From Thecamonas trahens ATCC 50062 (Eukaryota; Protista; Apusomonadida), in contig NW_013657646.1 of NCBI RefSeq assembly GCF_000142905.1, forward strand, positions 62,001 to 126,000: 64,000 nt of DNA. The letters run 5' to 3'. A model generated the notes under the pieces. The model searched no databases. It saw nothing but the letters and a program-made list of their open reading frames with translations, and was not told the DNA's origin. Shown here piece after piece: positions 54,693 through 64,000 of the stretch (position 1 is the first letter of the stretch; every line of letters starts with the position of its first letter). Made by a program: the position numbers and the translations under genes.

Positions 54693-56249
54693 TTACTCGC
54701 GCAGAACCACGTCGCCGTCCTCGTCCGAGTACTCCTCGTCGTCGGCGGCTCCGTCGTCCTCGTCGTCCGACGTCGAGCGGGCGACGTCGAGCTCGTCATC
54801 GGTATCGGCATCAACCAGGTTGAGCAGGTCGCCGTCGACTAGCTTCTGCACAATGTTGACAGCGATAAAGCCAAAGAAGTAGCGCTTGGACGAGATGACC
54901 TGGTAGCCGGTAAACTCGAGCATGACAGCGAGCTCCGTCTCGGTCGGGTACGCATCGAGCGAGCGGGCGATGTAGCCGTAGACATCCGGCGAGCCATGAA
55001 CCAGGACGCCCCAGAGGCCGCCCCAGAGCAGGAGGAGGTAGTAGTAGGCCCAGGCGAGCGGAGCAAAGTCGGGCTTGCAAAAGTCGAGCCACGCCGCCAC
55101 GCCGCCGACGCGCAGCACACGGTTGGTCTCCTCCAGCGCCTCCATGATAGACGGTGCGTTGCGGAGTGCGTACGAGCCGGTCACGAGATCGACTGCGCCG
55201 TCCTCAAACGGCATGTGGCACATGTCCGACTGCACAAAGTACACGTTGTCGAGATCCTCACCGTCGGCGCGCTCGGCCGCCAGATCGAGCATACGGCCCG
55301 AGAGGTCAGTCCCCACCACGTCGGCGCCCGGAAACGCCTTGGCCAGCGCAAACGTCACGTCGCCGGTCCCGCACGCAACGTCGACGACGCGGAGAACCTC
55401 GTCGCCCTCGTCGCGCTCCGCGAGCTCTGCGACTGCCGCTGACACATCGGAAATGAGCGCCTTCTTCCACGAGGCGTCCTGCCCAAACGACAGCGCCTTG
55501 GTGATAAAGTCGTACGCCGGTGCCACGACCTGAAACAGTGCTTCGTTGTACGTGAGCTTGGCAGTTGCCTCGTCCAGGTACGCCTCGGCCGAGCCCATCT
55601 CGGCAAGCTTCTGGACGGCCGTGATCTCATCGTCGTCGACGTGGAGCCGCAGGCGGAGCACAATCATGGCAGCACCGAGGAGAACAAGGATAGCAAATGC
55701 ATCGCGGTTCGACGCGTCGAGCGAAACCGAGCTCACCGCGTCGGCGCCGCAGCCGCAGCCGAGCAGCCAGAGCTGGGCCAGAGCCAGCCAGGCCATGTGA
55801 GCCCAGGCGCCGGCAGGCGAGCGGCCTGCAAAGGCAGCAATGGCAGCGCCGAGAACGTGCGGGGCCCAGACAAGGGTGGTGCTACCCGCAGCCACGGCCA
55901 TGACATCGCGAGCAGCAGTGGCCAGGGCCAGCGGGATCTGAGCCAGCAGGGCAGCAGGCTTGGCCGAGGTGGTGATGGCGGCGAGCGGAGCGCCAGCCAC
56001 AGCAAAGACAAATGCCCAGATAGCCAGCAGAGAAGCGAGAGAGTAGCCAGGATCAGCACGGAGAGCCAGAGCCAGGTTGGGAACGGTGGTCAGCTCCACA
56101 GCATGAGCATGGATGGCGGTGACGGCAGCCGTAGTGGCGAGGGCAAGCAGCGGGAGGACAGAGCCTGCCGAGGTCGGGCCGGACCGAGGGAGCGTCAGGT
56201 ACGCCAGGGATGCGCCTGTAGCGCACGCGAGTGTAGGGATCCACTCCAT
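54693..56249 (-). CDS. Multi-TM domain fused to a UbiE/MenG-like SAM C-methyltransferase
   Basis: YDFITKALSFGQD, DVACGTGD, MPFEDGAVDLVTGSYALRN, RVLRVGG. About 200 hydrophobic N-terminal residues. Confidence 0.85.
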   Translation of the reverse strand: MEWIPTLACATGASLAYLTLPRSGPTSAGSVLPLLALATTAAVTAIHAHAVELTTVPNLALALRADPGYSLASLLAIWAFVFAVAGAPLAAITTSAKPAALLAQIPLALATAARDVMAVAAGSTTLVWAPHVLGAAIAAFAGRSPAGAWAHMAWLALAQLWLLGCGCGADAVSSVSLDASNRDAFAILVLLGAAMIVLRLRLHVDDDEITAVQKLAEMGSAEAYLDEATAKLTYNEALFQVVAPAYDFITKALSFGQDASWKKALISDVSAAVAELAERDEGDEVLRVVDVACGTGDVTFALAKAFPGADVVGTDLSGRMLDLAAERADGEDLDNVYFVQSDMCHMPFEDGAVDLVTGSYALRNAPSIMEALEETNRVLRVGGVAAWLDFCKPDFAPLAWAYYYLLLLWGGLWGVLVHGSPDVYGYIARSLDAYPTETELAVMLEFTGYQVISSKRYFFGFIAVNIVQKLVDGDLLNLVDADTDDELDVARSTSDDEDDGAADDEEYSDEDGDVVLRE

Positions 56250-56659
56250 GTTGCTCGGCGACAGAGGGGTGGCGGAGAGCGGGGGTGAGGTGGGAGGGTT
56301 GGCAGGGCTGGGGGGGGGGTGGCTGGCTCTGTGCGTTGCGGGATGGGGGGAGTGGTATCTGGGGCGGCGGTTGGACGGTGCGAACAAGAATCTTTTTTAG
56401 TGTGTGTGTTGGGTGGGGGGTGGTGGGGGGGTGCGCTTGACGAGGCGATGCGGACGACGCTGAGACGCTGAGTATACGACAGCGTGTAAGCGACGACAAC
56501 AAGGCCGCACCTGTACTACCTTGACTCACTGCCGCGACTGTGGCTCGATCCCATCGAGTGTAGCACACATCATCCCCACCGCGCTAATCTGACAACCAGT
56601 ACGCAACCGAGTAAAGGGTGACGGCGACGTGTTTACGCCACCGTGCCCAGGGTAGGCGG

Positions 56660-57739
56660 CTACTGCTGTGGCGCCGGGAGTTCAGGGACGCGCGCATTGT
56701 GGTCAGCGGCCCACTGGGTGAGGTCTGTGGCGCACTCGGGGCAGGCGAGACAGTCTGAGTTGATCTTGGAGTACATGTCGAGGAGGGTGTCGATGAGCTC
56801 GTCGCGCGAGATGTCGTCGCGCGGGTCCTTGCGCTTGCGGCGGCGCGGCGGCGGAGCAGCAGTTTCGGCGGCGTCGGTGACGGCAGGAGCATCAGCCTCG
56901 ACCGGGGTGTCGTCTGGGAAGAGGGCACCCGAGTCGACGTCGTCTTGGAGAGCAAGGTAGGCCTGGCGGATGAGCTCGACCTGCATGCGGACCGACTTGT
57001 CATCGGGCTTGTCGACAACCATGTCGTCGGCGTCAAGAACCTGCGGCACGTCGAGCCAGTCTTCGGCAGCATCGAGGGCGGCAGACCAGGCGCTCACGGG
57101 ATCGTCGAGGGCAGCCGACTCGTAGTCGAGGATCTTGGGCGAGAGCGAGTCGAGGAGAGCAGAGACAAGCTTGCCGTCCTGCCAATGGGTGGAGAAGTTG
57201 TCGACCGGCACGCCCGGGTAGCGTTCGTTGTCCTGAACCCGCGACTGGACCCACTTGAGGAGATCGTCAGCCGAGGCCTTGCCGCCCGACTTGTCGCCCT
57301 GGCCACCGACCCAGGTGACGAACAGCTGCCAGATGAAGCCCATGACGAGGACGGTATCCTTATCAACAAAGTTCTCCGGCGCCACATCGGGCTTGAAGCC
57401 GTGCTTGACGAGCAGGCCCAGGGCCAACGAGCAGTTTTCGATCTTCTGGATCCGCATGCGGGGCTTCTTGACATGCTTGGGAGCCTTGTCCTGGCTCACC
57501 ACCTCGGCCAGCGGCAGCAGATAAAGTCCATCCTCAAAGGCCTCATCCACCTCACCTGGCAGCTTCAGTCCCCGCTCTGCGATCTGCGAGTCAACCCATG
57601 CACGGAATGCCTATATGTGCGGATGACGGTGATGAGTGTGTGTGTATGGGGAAGGGGTTGAGGGGGGGGGGGGGGGGGGAGGGGGGCGTACCTTCTTCTG
57701 CTGGAGAACCCAGTGGGGGGTGGTCTCAGAGGAGGACAT
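56660..57739 (-). CDS. Tandem calponin-homology (actinin/filamin-type actin-binding) protein. Exons 57692-57739 and 56660-57610.
   Basis: WVLQQKK|AFRAWV; FEDGLYL; QKIENC; GFIWQL; LLKWVQ; NFSTHWQDG; PDDKSV. Confidence 0.88.
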
Positions 57740-58068
57740 GGGTGAGGGGAAGGAGGAAGGGGAATAGAGATAGAGAGAGAGTGTGTGTGGTGGTAGTGGT
57801 GGTAGTGGTGGTAGTGGTGGGGAGATAGAAGAGAGAGGAGAGGAGAGGTGATGTGTATGTATGTATGTATGTGTGTGTGTATGTGTGTGTGTGTGTGTGC
57901 GTGTGTTCGGTCCGCGGTGCGGGTGACGGCCACTTGATCAGCCCTTCCTCCCCCTTCCTCCCCCTTCCTCCCCCTTTCCCCCCCTTTCCCCCCCCCCCCC
58001 CCTCCCCCGTCCCCCTCCTCACCCACACACTCTCTCTCTCCTTTGGCCAACTATCCCCCGCCACCTCC

Positions 58069-60093
58069 ATGCTACCACCCTCCCTACATCGGCGTATATT
58101 GCTGGTGACATGCGCGGCATTGGTAGCGGCTACTGCACTCTGGTTCGCCCTCTATCCGCTCACCCGGCCTCGTCCTCGTGCCTCTGCCAGCCAGCATCGC
58201 ATTCGTCGTCCATCGCCCGCTGATGGTGCTGATGGGGATATTGCTGCTGCTGGTAGTGGCCTTGTCTGTCCTCATGGTCATGTAGTGTGGAGATCTTCGC
58301 ATGACCTCAGTCGAGCTTACTGTGTCTGTGCTACCCGATTGCCTAATGCCACCGCTCCTACCTACTCGCGTTCCTGCGCAGAGGCCTTTCTGCCAGAGTG
58401 CCTCCTTGCTGCTCCAGGAAGCATTGACTCGCCAACGAGCGCAGGACTCAATCGCAGTCGCTTTCATCCGCATCACGGATGGTATGTGCCTTGCTCTGAC
58501 GTAGTGGTCCTTAGAAAGGGCGCGCCGCTGCCGTGCGCCTGCTTCCGCGCGTGTACTGCCTGGCTGGAGCAGCACCACCCGGGGATCGCGGCCGACTACG
58601 ACATGTACTGGCCGGGCGTCCGTCCACGATCTTGCCTCGCTCTGAAGGCGAAGCATGTTACCGACGGACGCCTGCTGGTTGCACCAGAGACGGTGCCGCA
58701 AATGGCTGTGGATGGGATGTGGCCCCAGGTCGATGCCACCGGCCGCGCCGACTGGCCGCTGGCACCAGCACCGCCCGGGACAGTCGTTCCGCTCATCGCA
58801 CTGAGCGAGTGCGTGGACGAGTGCTCAGGGCACGGGCTATGTGTGAAAGGCCCGGAATGCAGCTGCTTTAGCGGCTGGACCGGCGAGACGTGCGATGTTG
58901 CGCATGTCGCCATCGACTGCCTCAACGGGTGCCACGGACCGGCCGGTGGCGAGTGCATCGCTGGTCGCTGTGTCTGCCGGCCCGGTCGCTGGGGCGATGA
59001 CTGCGGCCGGGGCAGAGAGGTAAGCGTAGACAGTTGTCGAGCCAAGGTGTTCGTTGCAAGTCTCCCTGGCGCGTACGCCATCTCATGGCGGATGGGCTCG
59101 TTTGGCCGGGCGCTCGACTTTGGCCGGCCGACGCCGGCCGCCGTCTATGAGCAGGCCCTCGCCGAGACCCAGTGTCTGGTCGACGACGCGGAAAATGCTG
59201 ACGTGGTGCTCATTCCCAGCGCCGGCGACCGCTGGTACCGTCGCGACGATGTGCTCGATTTCGTCGCAACCGCTTATCCGCGCGCAATAGCGCGGTGCGA
59301 GGCAGGCGATGCCGCGCTCGTCTGGCTGCCGATGGTCGACGACGCCGGAGCGGCCGTCTACTTTGGCCGCGAGGCCGGCGCAAGCGGGCGCATTCCGGCA
59401 GCGGCCAAGGTCTCGGTCTTTCTCGTCAACTCGGGTCTCGAGGCTGGTAGCTACTCGCCCTTTAGCCAGGGCGCGTTCCGGCCCGGTCGCGACATTGTCA
59501 TCCCGCCGTATCCCAAGACCGAGTTTGCCGGCATCGTTCCACTGCCGTCAACGCCGGTCTCGCCCAAGATCTTCTTTTCTGGCTCGATCACGTCGACCGC
59601 TACGTGGCCGATTGCGCGCGGCAATGGGCGTGCGGCTGCGCTCGCCGCTGTCGAGCGGGCGGGCGCCGACCCCGCCGACTACGCCGTTCACCGCAAGTTT
59701 GTGGAGGGCTTTGACAAGAAGATGCGAGAGGCGCGGACGTGTCTCGCGCCGCCAGGCAAGAGCGGTGGATGGGGAATCCGGCTGGCAATGGCGATGGCTG
59801 TCGGCTGCGTCCCTGTCATTGTCGACGACTCGCGGCGGCACATGTTTGACGAGATCTGGGACTACAGCGGCTTTGCTGTGCACCTTACGCCAGCTGCGGC
59901 CATTGACGAGCTCATCGCCACGGTCGACGCCCTGAGTGACAGCGACGTAGCGAGGATGCGGGAAGAGGTTGCTTGTGCGCGGGCTGTTGTCACGTACGAG
60001 GCGTCGGTGTGGGCGCGGGTGAAGGAGGTGTTGGTGGCGCGGGAGAAGAGGGCAAGTCCGAAGCTTCCGTGCCAGCTGCTGCCTGCGAGTTGA
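58069..60093 (+). CDS. Type II membrane glycosyltransferase: EGF-like repeats plus exostosin (GT47) domain
   Basis: N-terminal TM; CSGHGLC...CSCFSGWTGETC; DIVIPP, IFFSGS, CLAPPG, GCVPVIV. Confidence 0.85.
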   Translation: MLPPSLHRRILLVTCAALVAATALWFALYPLTRPRPRASASQHRIRRPSPADGADGDIAAAGSGLVCPHGHVVWRSSHDLSRAYCVCATRLPNATAPTYSRSCAEAFLPECLLAAPGSIDSPTSAGLNRSRFHPHHGWYVPCSDVVVLRKGAPLPCACFRACTAWLEQHHPGIAADYDMYWPGVRPRSCLALKAKHVTDGRLLVAPETVPQMAVDGMWPQVDATGRADWPLAPAPPGTVVPLIALSECVDECSGHGLCVKGPECSCFSGWTGETCDVAHVAIDCLNGCHGPAGGECIAGRCVCRPGRWGDDCGRGREVSVDSCRAKVFVASLPGAYAISWRMGSFGRALDFGRPTPAAVYEQALAETQCLVDDAENADVVLIPSAGDRWYRRDDVLDFVATAYPRAIARCEAGDAALVWLPMVDDAGAAVYFGREAGASGRIPAAAKVSVFLVNSGLEAGSYSPFSQGAFRPGRDIVIPPYPKTEFAGIVPLPSTPVSPKIFFSGSITSTATWPIARGNGRAAALAAVERAGADPADYAVHRKFVEGFDKKMREARTCLAPPGKSGGWGIRLAMAMAVGCVPVIVDDSRRHMFDEIWDYSGFAVHLTPAAAIDELIATVDALSDSDVARMREEVACARAVVTYEASVWARVKEVLVAREKRASPKLPCQLLPAS

Positions 60094-61429
60094 TGATGGC
60101 GATGCCGAGGAGCCGGGCGAGATCGGGATCGACAGAGGCGTCCATGTCGACTGCAGCCATCGCAGCGCGTGCCCGAGGCGACGGCTTCACGTCTGGATAG
60201 TACTGGGTTGACGCACGATCGACGGTGTTGGCGTGGATGGTCGGGTGGTGCTTGTTGGCGGTACCAAGCGACTCGGGCTTGAGATCGTGGGCCAGAAAGG
60301 CGGCAAGGGCGCGGCGCTCCTCCTGGGTGTAGGAAGCCGCCTGGACGCCACACGCGAGGCGGGCGGTGAGGACGCCCTTGGCCGGGAGCTTCGGATTGTC
60401 CACCGACGGCGCCACCCAGAGGTCGCGATGGTCGCGGTCGGCAAAGACATGCTCCCCGTGGACGACGCCCTGGACAAAGAGGACGAGCGAGCGCTCCGGT
60501 CCAGCGATCATGTGCCGGGCGATGAGGGCGCGGGCGGAGGAGGCCTTGGACTTGAGGATCGACGGGACCGAGAAAGCTTTGCCTGGCGCGACGAGGCGGT
60601 GCGAGCCGGGAACAAAGCCGAGGTGGATGTTGCCGGGGTCGGCGGCGTAAAAGATAGCTTGGACCCGCCGGACACCGGTGGTGTACATGTCAGTGTGGTC
60701 GACTGTGCACTTGGCGACGGTCTTGCGATCGACGCCAGATTCGCGACAGCGGACCATGCCCGAGTCAAGCGAGACCATGTCGCCACCAGTCATCGCCATG
60801 ACAGCCGCGTGGAGACCGGGCTCGGCATAGAGGCGAGCAAAGGCGAGGCGGTAGGCGGCAGAGTGGTGGAGCTCGACGCCATGAATCCACTCGCCGGGCG
60901 CAGAGGCAACCAGCCTGTGCTTCGGCTTGGGCCGGGCGGTCCGCAAGTACGAAAACGACGCTATGCAGTGACCCTCGGCAGCGCGACGGGTTTTGACCTG
61001 ATTGCGGAGCGCGATGCAGGCGGCATCAACCTTGGCCTCGCCTTTGGCCGCGGCGTCGACAGCGGCCAGATTTCCGGACAGCGTCTCTTGCAGCTCGAGG
61101 TAGCCTTCGGTGTGGCCGAACATGGCATCAAAGGCGTGCGCAAGGCCGGCAAGAACCGCGCCCTGGGTCTCGCGCGAGATGTCGGTGATGACGACCACGC
61201 CTGCCGTTTCCAGGGATCGCGTGGCAGCGGTGATGCTGTCGTCGTCGAGCTCATCTGCGCGGACAACCACCAGCGCCTCGTTCGCCTCCTCCAGCACGCT
61301 TGCCCACGCCTCCAGGTCCGGCTGGTCACTGCTGGCGCTGCCGAGCGGACGTGACTTGACGTTGCGCGCCGTGTCGTCCGCCGGGTCTCCCGGCGCCTTG
61401 CGCTTCTTGCCCGCACCCGAGCCTGACAT
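59990..61429 (-). CDS. Putative PhyH-like Fe(II)/2-oxoglutarate dioxygenase with N-terminal NLS
   Basis: HTD, VQAI, FVPGSH and LVLF...VVHG appear in jelly-roll order. KKRK near the N-terminus. Confidence 0.6.
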   Translation of the reverse strand: MSGSGAGKKRKAPGDPADDTARNVKSRPLGSASSDQPDLEAWASVLEEANEALVVVRADELDDDSITAATRSLETAGVVVITDISRETQGAVLAGLAHAFDAMFGHTEGYLELQETLSGNLAAVDAAAKGEAKVDAACIALRNQVKTRRAAEGHCIASFSYLRTARPKPKHRLVASAPGEWIHGVELHHSAAYRLAFARLYAEPGLHAAVMAMTGGDMVSLDSGMVRCRESGVDRKTVAKCTVDHTDMYTTGVRRVQAIFYAADPGNIHLGFVPGSHRLVAPGKAFSVPSILKSKASSARALIARHMIAGPERSLVLFVQGVVHGEHVFADRDHRDLWVAPSVDNPKLPAKGVLTARLACGVQAASYTQEERRALAAFLAHDLKPESLGTANKHHPTIHANTVDRASTQYYPDVKPSPRARAAMAAVDMDASVDPDLARLLGIAIINSQAAAGTEASDLPSSPAPPTPPSPAPTPTPRT

Positions 61430-62096
61430 AGGATAAAGGTGGATGCCGGTGGCTGTGGGCAGGCTTGTTGGTGGGTGGGTGCTGTCGACGAGTTGAGTGT
61501 GTCTGTATCTGCCCAAGTCGCACTGTCTTCCCCAAGTCGCACTAGCACGGCGGTATCGCTTTCACAGTGGCAGCGGACAATTGTGACGTTTCGCTGGCGA
61601 ACGCCACGACAAGAGTCACTGCATGCAAGTCAACAGTTGCTATCGATACGGACTACTACAGCAACAGTCTACATCACCTCCACGTCCAGTAGGCTTGCAG
61701 TCCAGGTGCCACGGGAGGTACAAGCCAAGAGCGTGGCCCATACCATACTTTAAGCCAGATCTCTATGCACGGGCTCTTTCTCCGCCGACCACCTACCCCC
61801 CCCCCCCCCCCCCCGCGACTACATATATACATACCACTAGGAGGTTGTGGCAGGCCCTGTTTCATCATTTACAATCAGTGGTTCGGAGACTTCATTCCTT
61901 GCGCACATGCAAGTGCCACATTCCCGTGGCTTTGCATGTGATCTCCTCATTCGAAGCACCGAGTCCAGTCCGCGTGTGCTAGTTGCGAGATAAAGATGAG
62001 CGACTTTTGCCAGCCTGAGCACCAACCTCTCTCCACTCATCCCTCTGTCGTTCTCCCGAGAACTGCTAGTCAGAGACACACACGACACATAACACA

Positions 62097-63069
62097 ATGG
62101 GTGCGTATGGTGGTTGCCACAGGAAGAGTGAGAGTGGACATCCCCGCATCCTCGCAGTCGATCCGCCCTTCCCCCTCCCTCCCAACACTGGTCTTGCTCC
62201 GTCCACGGGACAGACGCCCAGTTGCCCAACCCCGGCGGCTACGCGCTCTGCGATGGCTGTTATCACATACATCAGCCCAAGACGTAGCAATTGTCCTTCA
62301 TGTGTACTGCTTTCTCAAAGACTTGCTACACATAGGCAAAGGCGATGACCATAGGGGATGCGATGGCGAGACATATCCATGTGTCGAGTCAGTGTTGCCT
62401 CCAAAATGTGTCCACGTGGGCCGGACATGCCACTCACCCATTTCTTTGGCTCGGCACCGTACAGAAAGCGCAAGCCGGAATTCTCCCACTTGGATGGCCT
62501 CGTTGGCCGCAGGCATCCTTCTGCCTGTCATCGGCATCTGCATTTGGGCATGCTTCTCCACCGGGTGGCTCTCGCTCTCGGTCCAGCCCTCCATCGCCGT
62601 CTACAACTTTTCGATCGGACTGCGCGAGTTCTGCATCCAGATCTTTTCCGACGGCGGCGAAACGAACTCGTGCACCAAGTACACCTCTGACGACAAGCCG
62701 TACTATCACGGCGGCCGTGTGACGCTCGCCCTGTGCATTGTCGGCGCAGTAGGCGCGGGGCTGTCGTTTGTCCCGGGCCTGCTGTTCTCGATGAGATGGG
62801 CCGGGCGTGCGGCGCTGGCCGCTGCTGCGGTTGGGGCTGCCATTGCTGCCGCCGGTACCACTGGCGCGTGGGCTGCGTACTACCACCTCGTCATCAACTC
62901 GTCCGAGTTGGATGGCGTCGACTCGTCTGATCTGCCTTCCAACTACAGGCCGAAAATCGATTACATGTTTGGCCTGGTGGCGTTTGCCTCTGCCTCCTCG
63001 ACCGTGGCGTTCTTCGCCACGCTCGCTGGCCTCGTCAAGCGCGATAACAGCTACACCTCGATCAATTAG
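62097..63069 (+). CDS. Claudin/PMP22-like tetraspan membrane protein. Proposed exons 62097-62100 and 62465-63069.
   Basis: Four TMs and a W..GLREFC..C first-loop signature. ATGG|GTGCGT donor and phase-1 TACAG acceptor. Confidence 0.65.
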
Positions 63070-63104
63070 CTCGCTTTTACCCGTGAGCAAGCATTTGCCA
63101 GTGC

Positions 63105-64000
63105 TTAAATGCCGACCACATCGATGTCCTCATCTTCGTCATCCTCGTCCTCATCGGCAAACTCGATGCTCGTGCTGACCGGAGGCGGCGGCGCCGTCCG
63201 CGCCACGCCCACCTTGAACTTCTTGAGCGGCGGGCCGGTCGAGACCAGCGGCGATCCGAGCGACGGTGGCTGCCCGACTTGGGCGACCTGTAGCAGTGCT
63301 TCTGACTCGCGCGGGCGCTTGCGTGATACGTCTTGGGCGTCCGCGAGGCGCGAGACGGCGGCTGGTGCGGGTGCGGGTGCAGACACCGGCGCCGGAACAG
63401 CGGCGGCAACGGGTGCGGGCGCAGGCGCAGGTGCAGGTGCAGGCGCAGGTGCAGGCGCAGGTGCGGGGACCACAGGCGGCTCGGCAAGTGGCATCGGCAC
63501 TGGATGTGGGGGCGCGAGGTCGAGGCTGAGCGGCATGGCCATTGGCGCGAGTCTGGGCGCCGACGTCGAAACGACGTCGACGACTGAGATCTCCTCGTCT
63601 TCGTCGTCGTCATCGTCGTCGTCAGCGTCGCCGTCATCGTCGTCGCCGCCGCCATCGCTACCACTTCCGACGCGACATCTGTGGTGACTGGGGTGGCTCA
63701 CGCGGGAAACAGCGGTGCCAGCGACAGGAGTCCCAACAGCAAGCGCTGGGCGGAGATGCAGATCTCCAATCTGCCGGCTTGCGCCGTCGTGTGGCGCGAT
63801 GCTAGCAACGGCAATGGGGCGATTAGAGACCGGTGCAAGAGGGCGGGCGGGCGGGGACGGCTGGCGAGGCAGCTCTGGCGAGACTGGTCGCGGAGGCGGT
63901 GGGTCGGCAGCGGCAACTGGAGGCGGCGGATGAAGCGGAGACTTTGGTGCCGGCGGTGGCGGCTCGATCTTGCGGGCAAGCGCGGCCTTGACTGTGGCGG
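63105..64000 (-). CDS. 3' part of a Pro/acidic low-complexity, probably nuclear protein
   Basis: Frame is stop-free to the window end. KRPRE, PLKKFK, and C-terminal EDIDVVGI. Confidence 0.65.
   Translation of the reverse strand, partial: ATVKAALARKIEPPPPAPKSPLHPPPPVAAADPPPPRPVSPELPRQPSPPARPLAPVSNRPIAVASIAPHDGASRQIGDLHLRPALAVGTPVAGTAVSRVSHPSHHRCRVGSGSDGGGDDDDGDADDDDDDDEDEEISVVDVVSTSAPRLAPMAMPLSLDLAPPHPVPMPLAEPPVVPAPAPAPAPAPAPAPAPAPVAAAVPAPVSAPAPAPAAVSRLADAQDVSRKRPRESEALLQVAQVGQPPSLGSPLVSTGPPLKKFKVGVARTAPPPPVSTSIEFADEDEDDEDEDIDVVGI

Overview
GC-rich, gene-dense, intron-poor eukaryotic DNA from a flagellated protist. The style and gene content suggest an apusomonad such as Thecamonas, but that is inference only. 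There are about 26 protein genes, two N-gaps (30927-31685, 42537-42820), and no rRNA, tRNA, CRISPR array or recognisable transposon. Recognisable genes: CFAP210, an SLC25 carrier, a solute-binding-protein receptor kinase/pseudo-cyclase/pseudokinase, a pseudo-kinesin, RPN12, NOL11, chitin synthase, SNF2/BRM, a RhoGEF, cytochrome b5, ArfGAP1, CFAP251, a two-pore channel, a kelch protein, pyruvate kinase, a UbiE/MenG-like methyltransferase, a CH-domain protein, a GT47 exostosin, a PhyH-like dioxygenase and a claudin-like protein. Best leads: (1) an in-frame fusion of D-aminoacylase with ADAT2/Tad2 tRNA deaminase; (2) a cytochrome b5 whose intron-2 choice would give either a TM tail anchor or a CaaX (CTIL) prenyl anchor; (3) related minisatellites placed just upstream of start codons; (4) a pyruvate kinase with a mitochondrial-type presequence; (5) three genes that each need a -1 frame correction; (6) convergent genes that touch or overlap. 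All exon models were derived by hand and are unverified.
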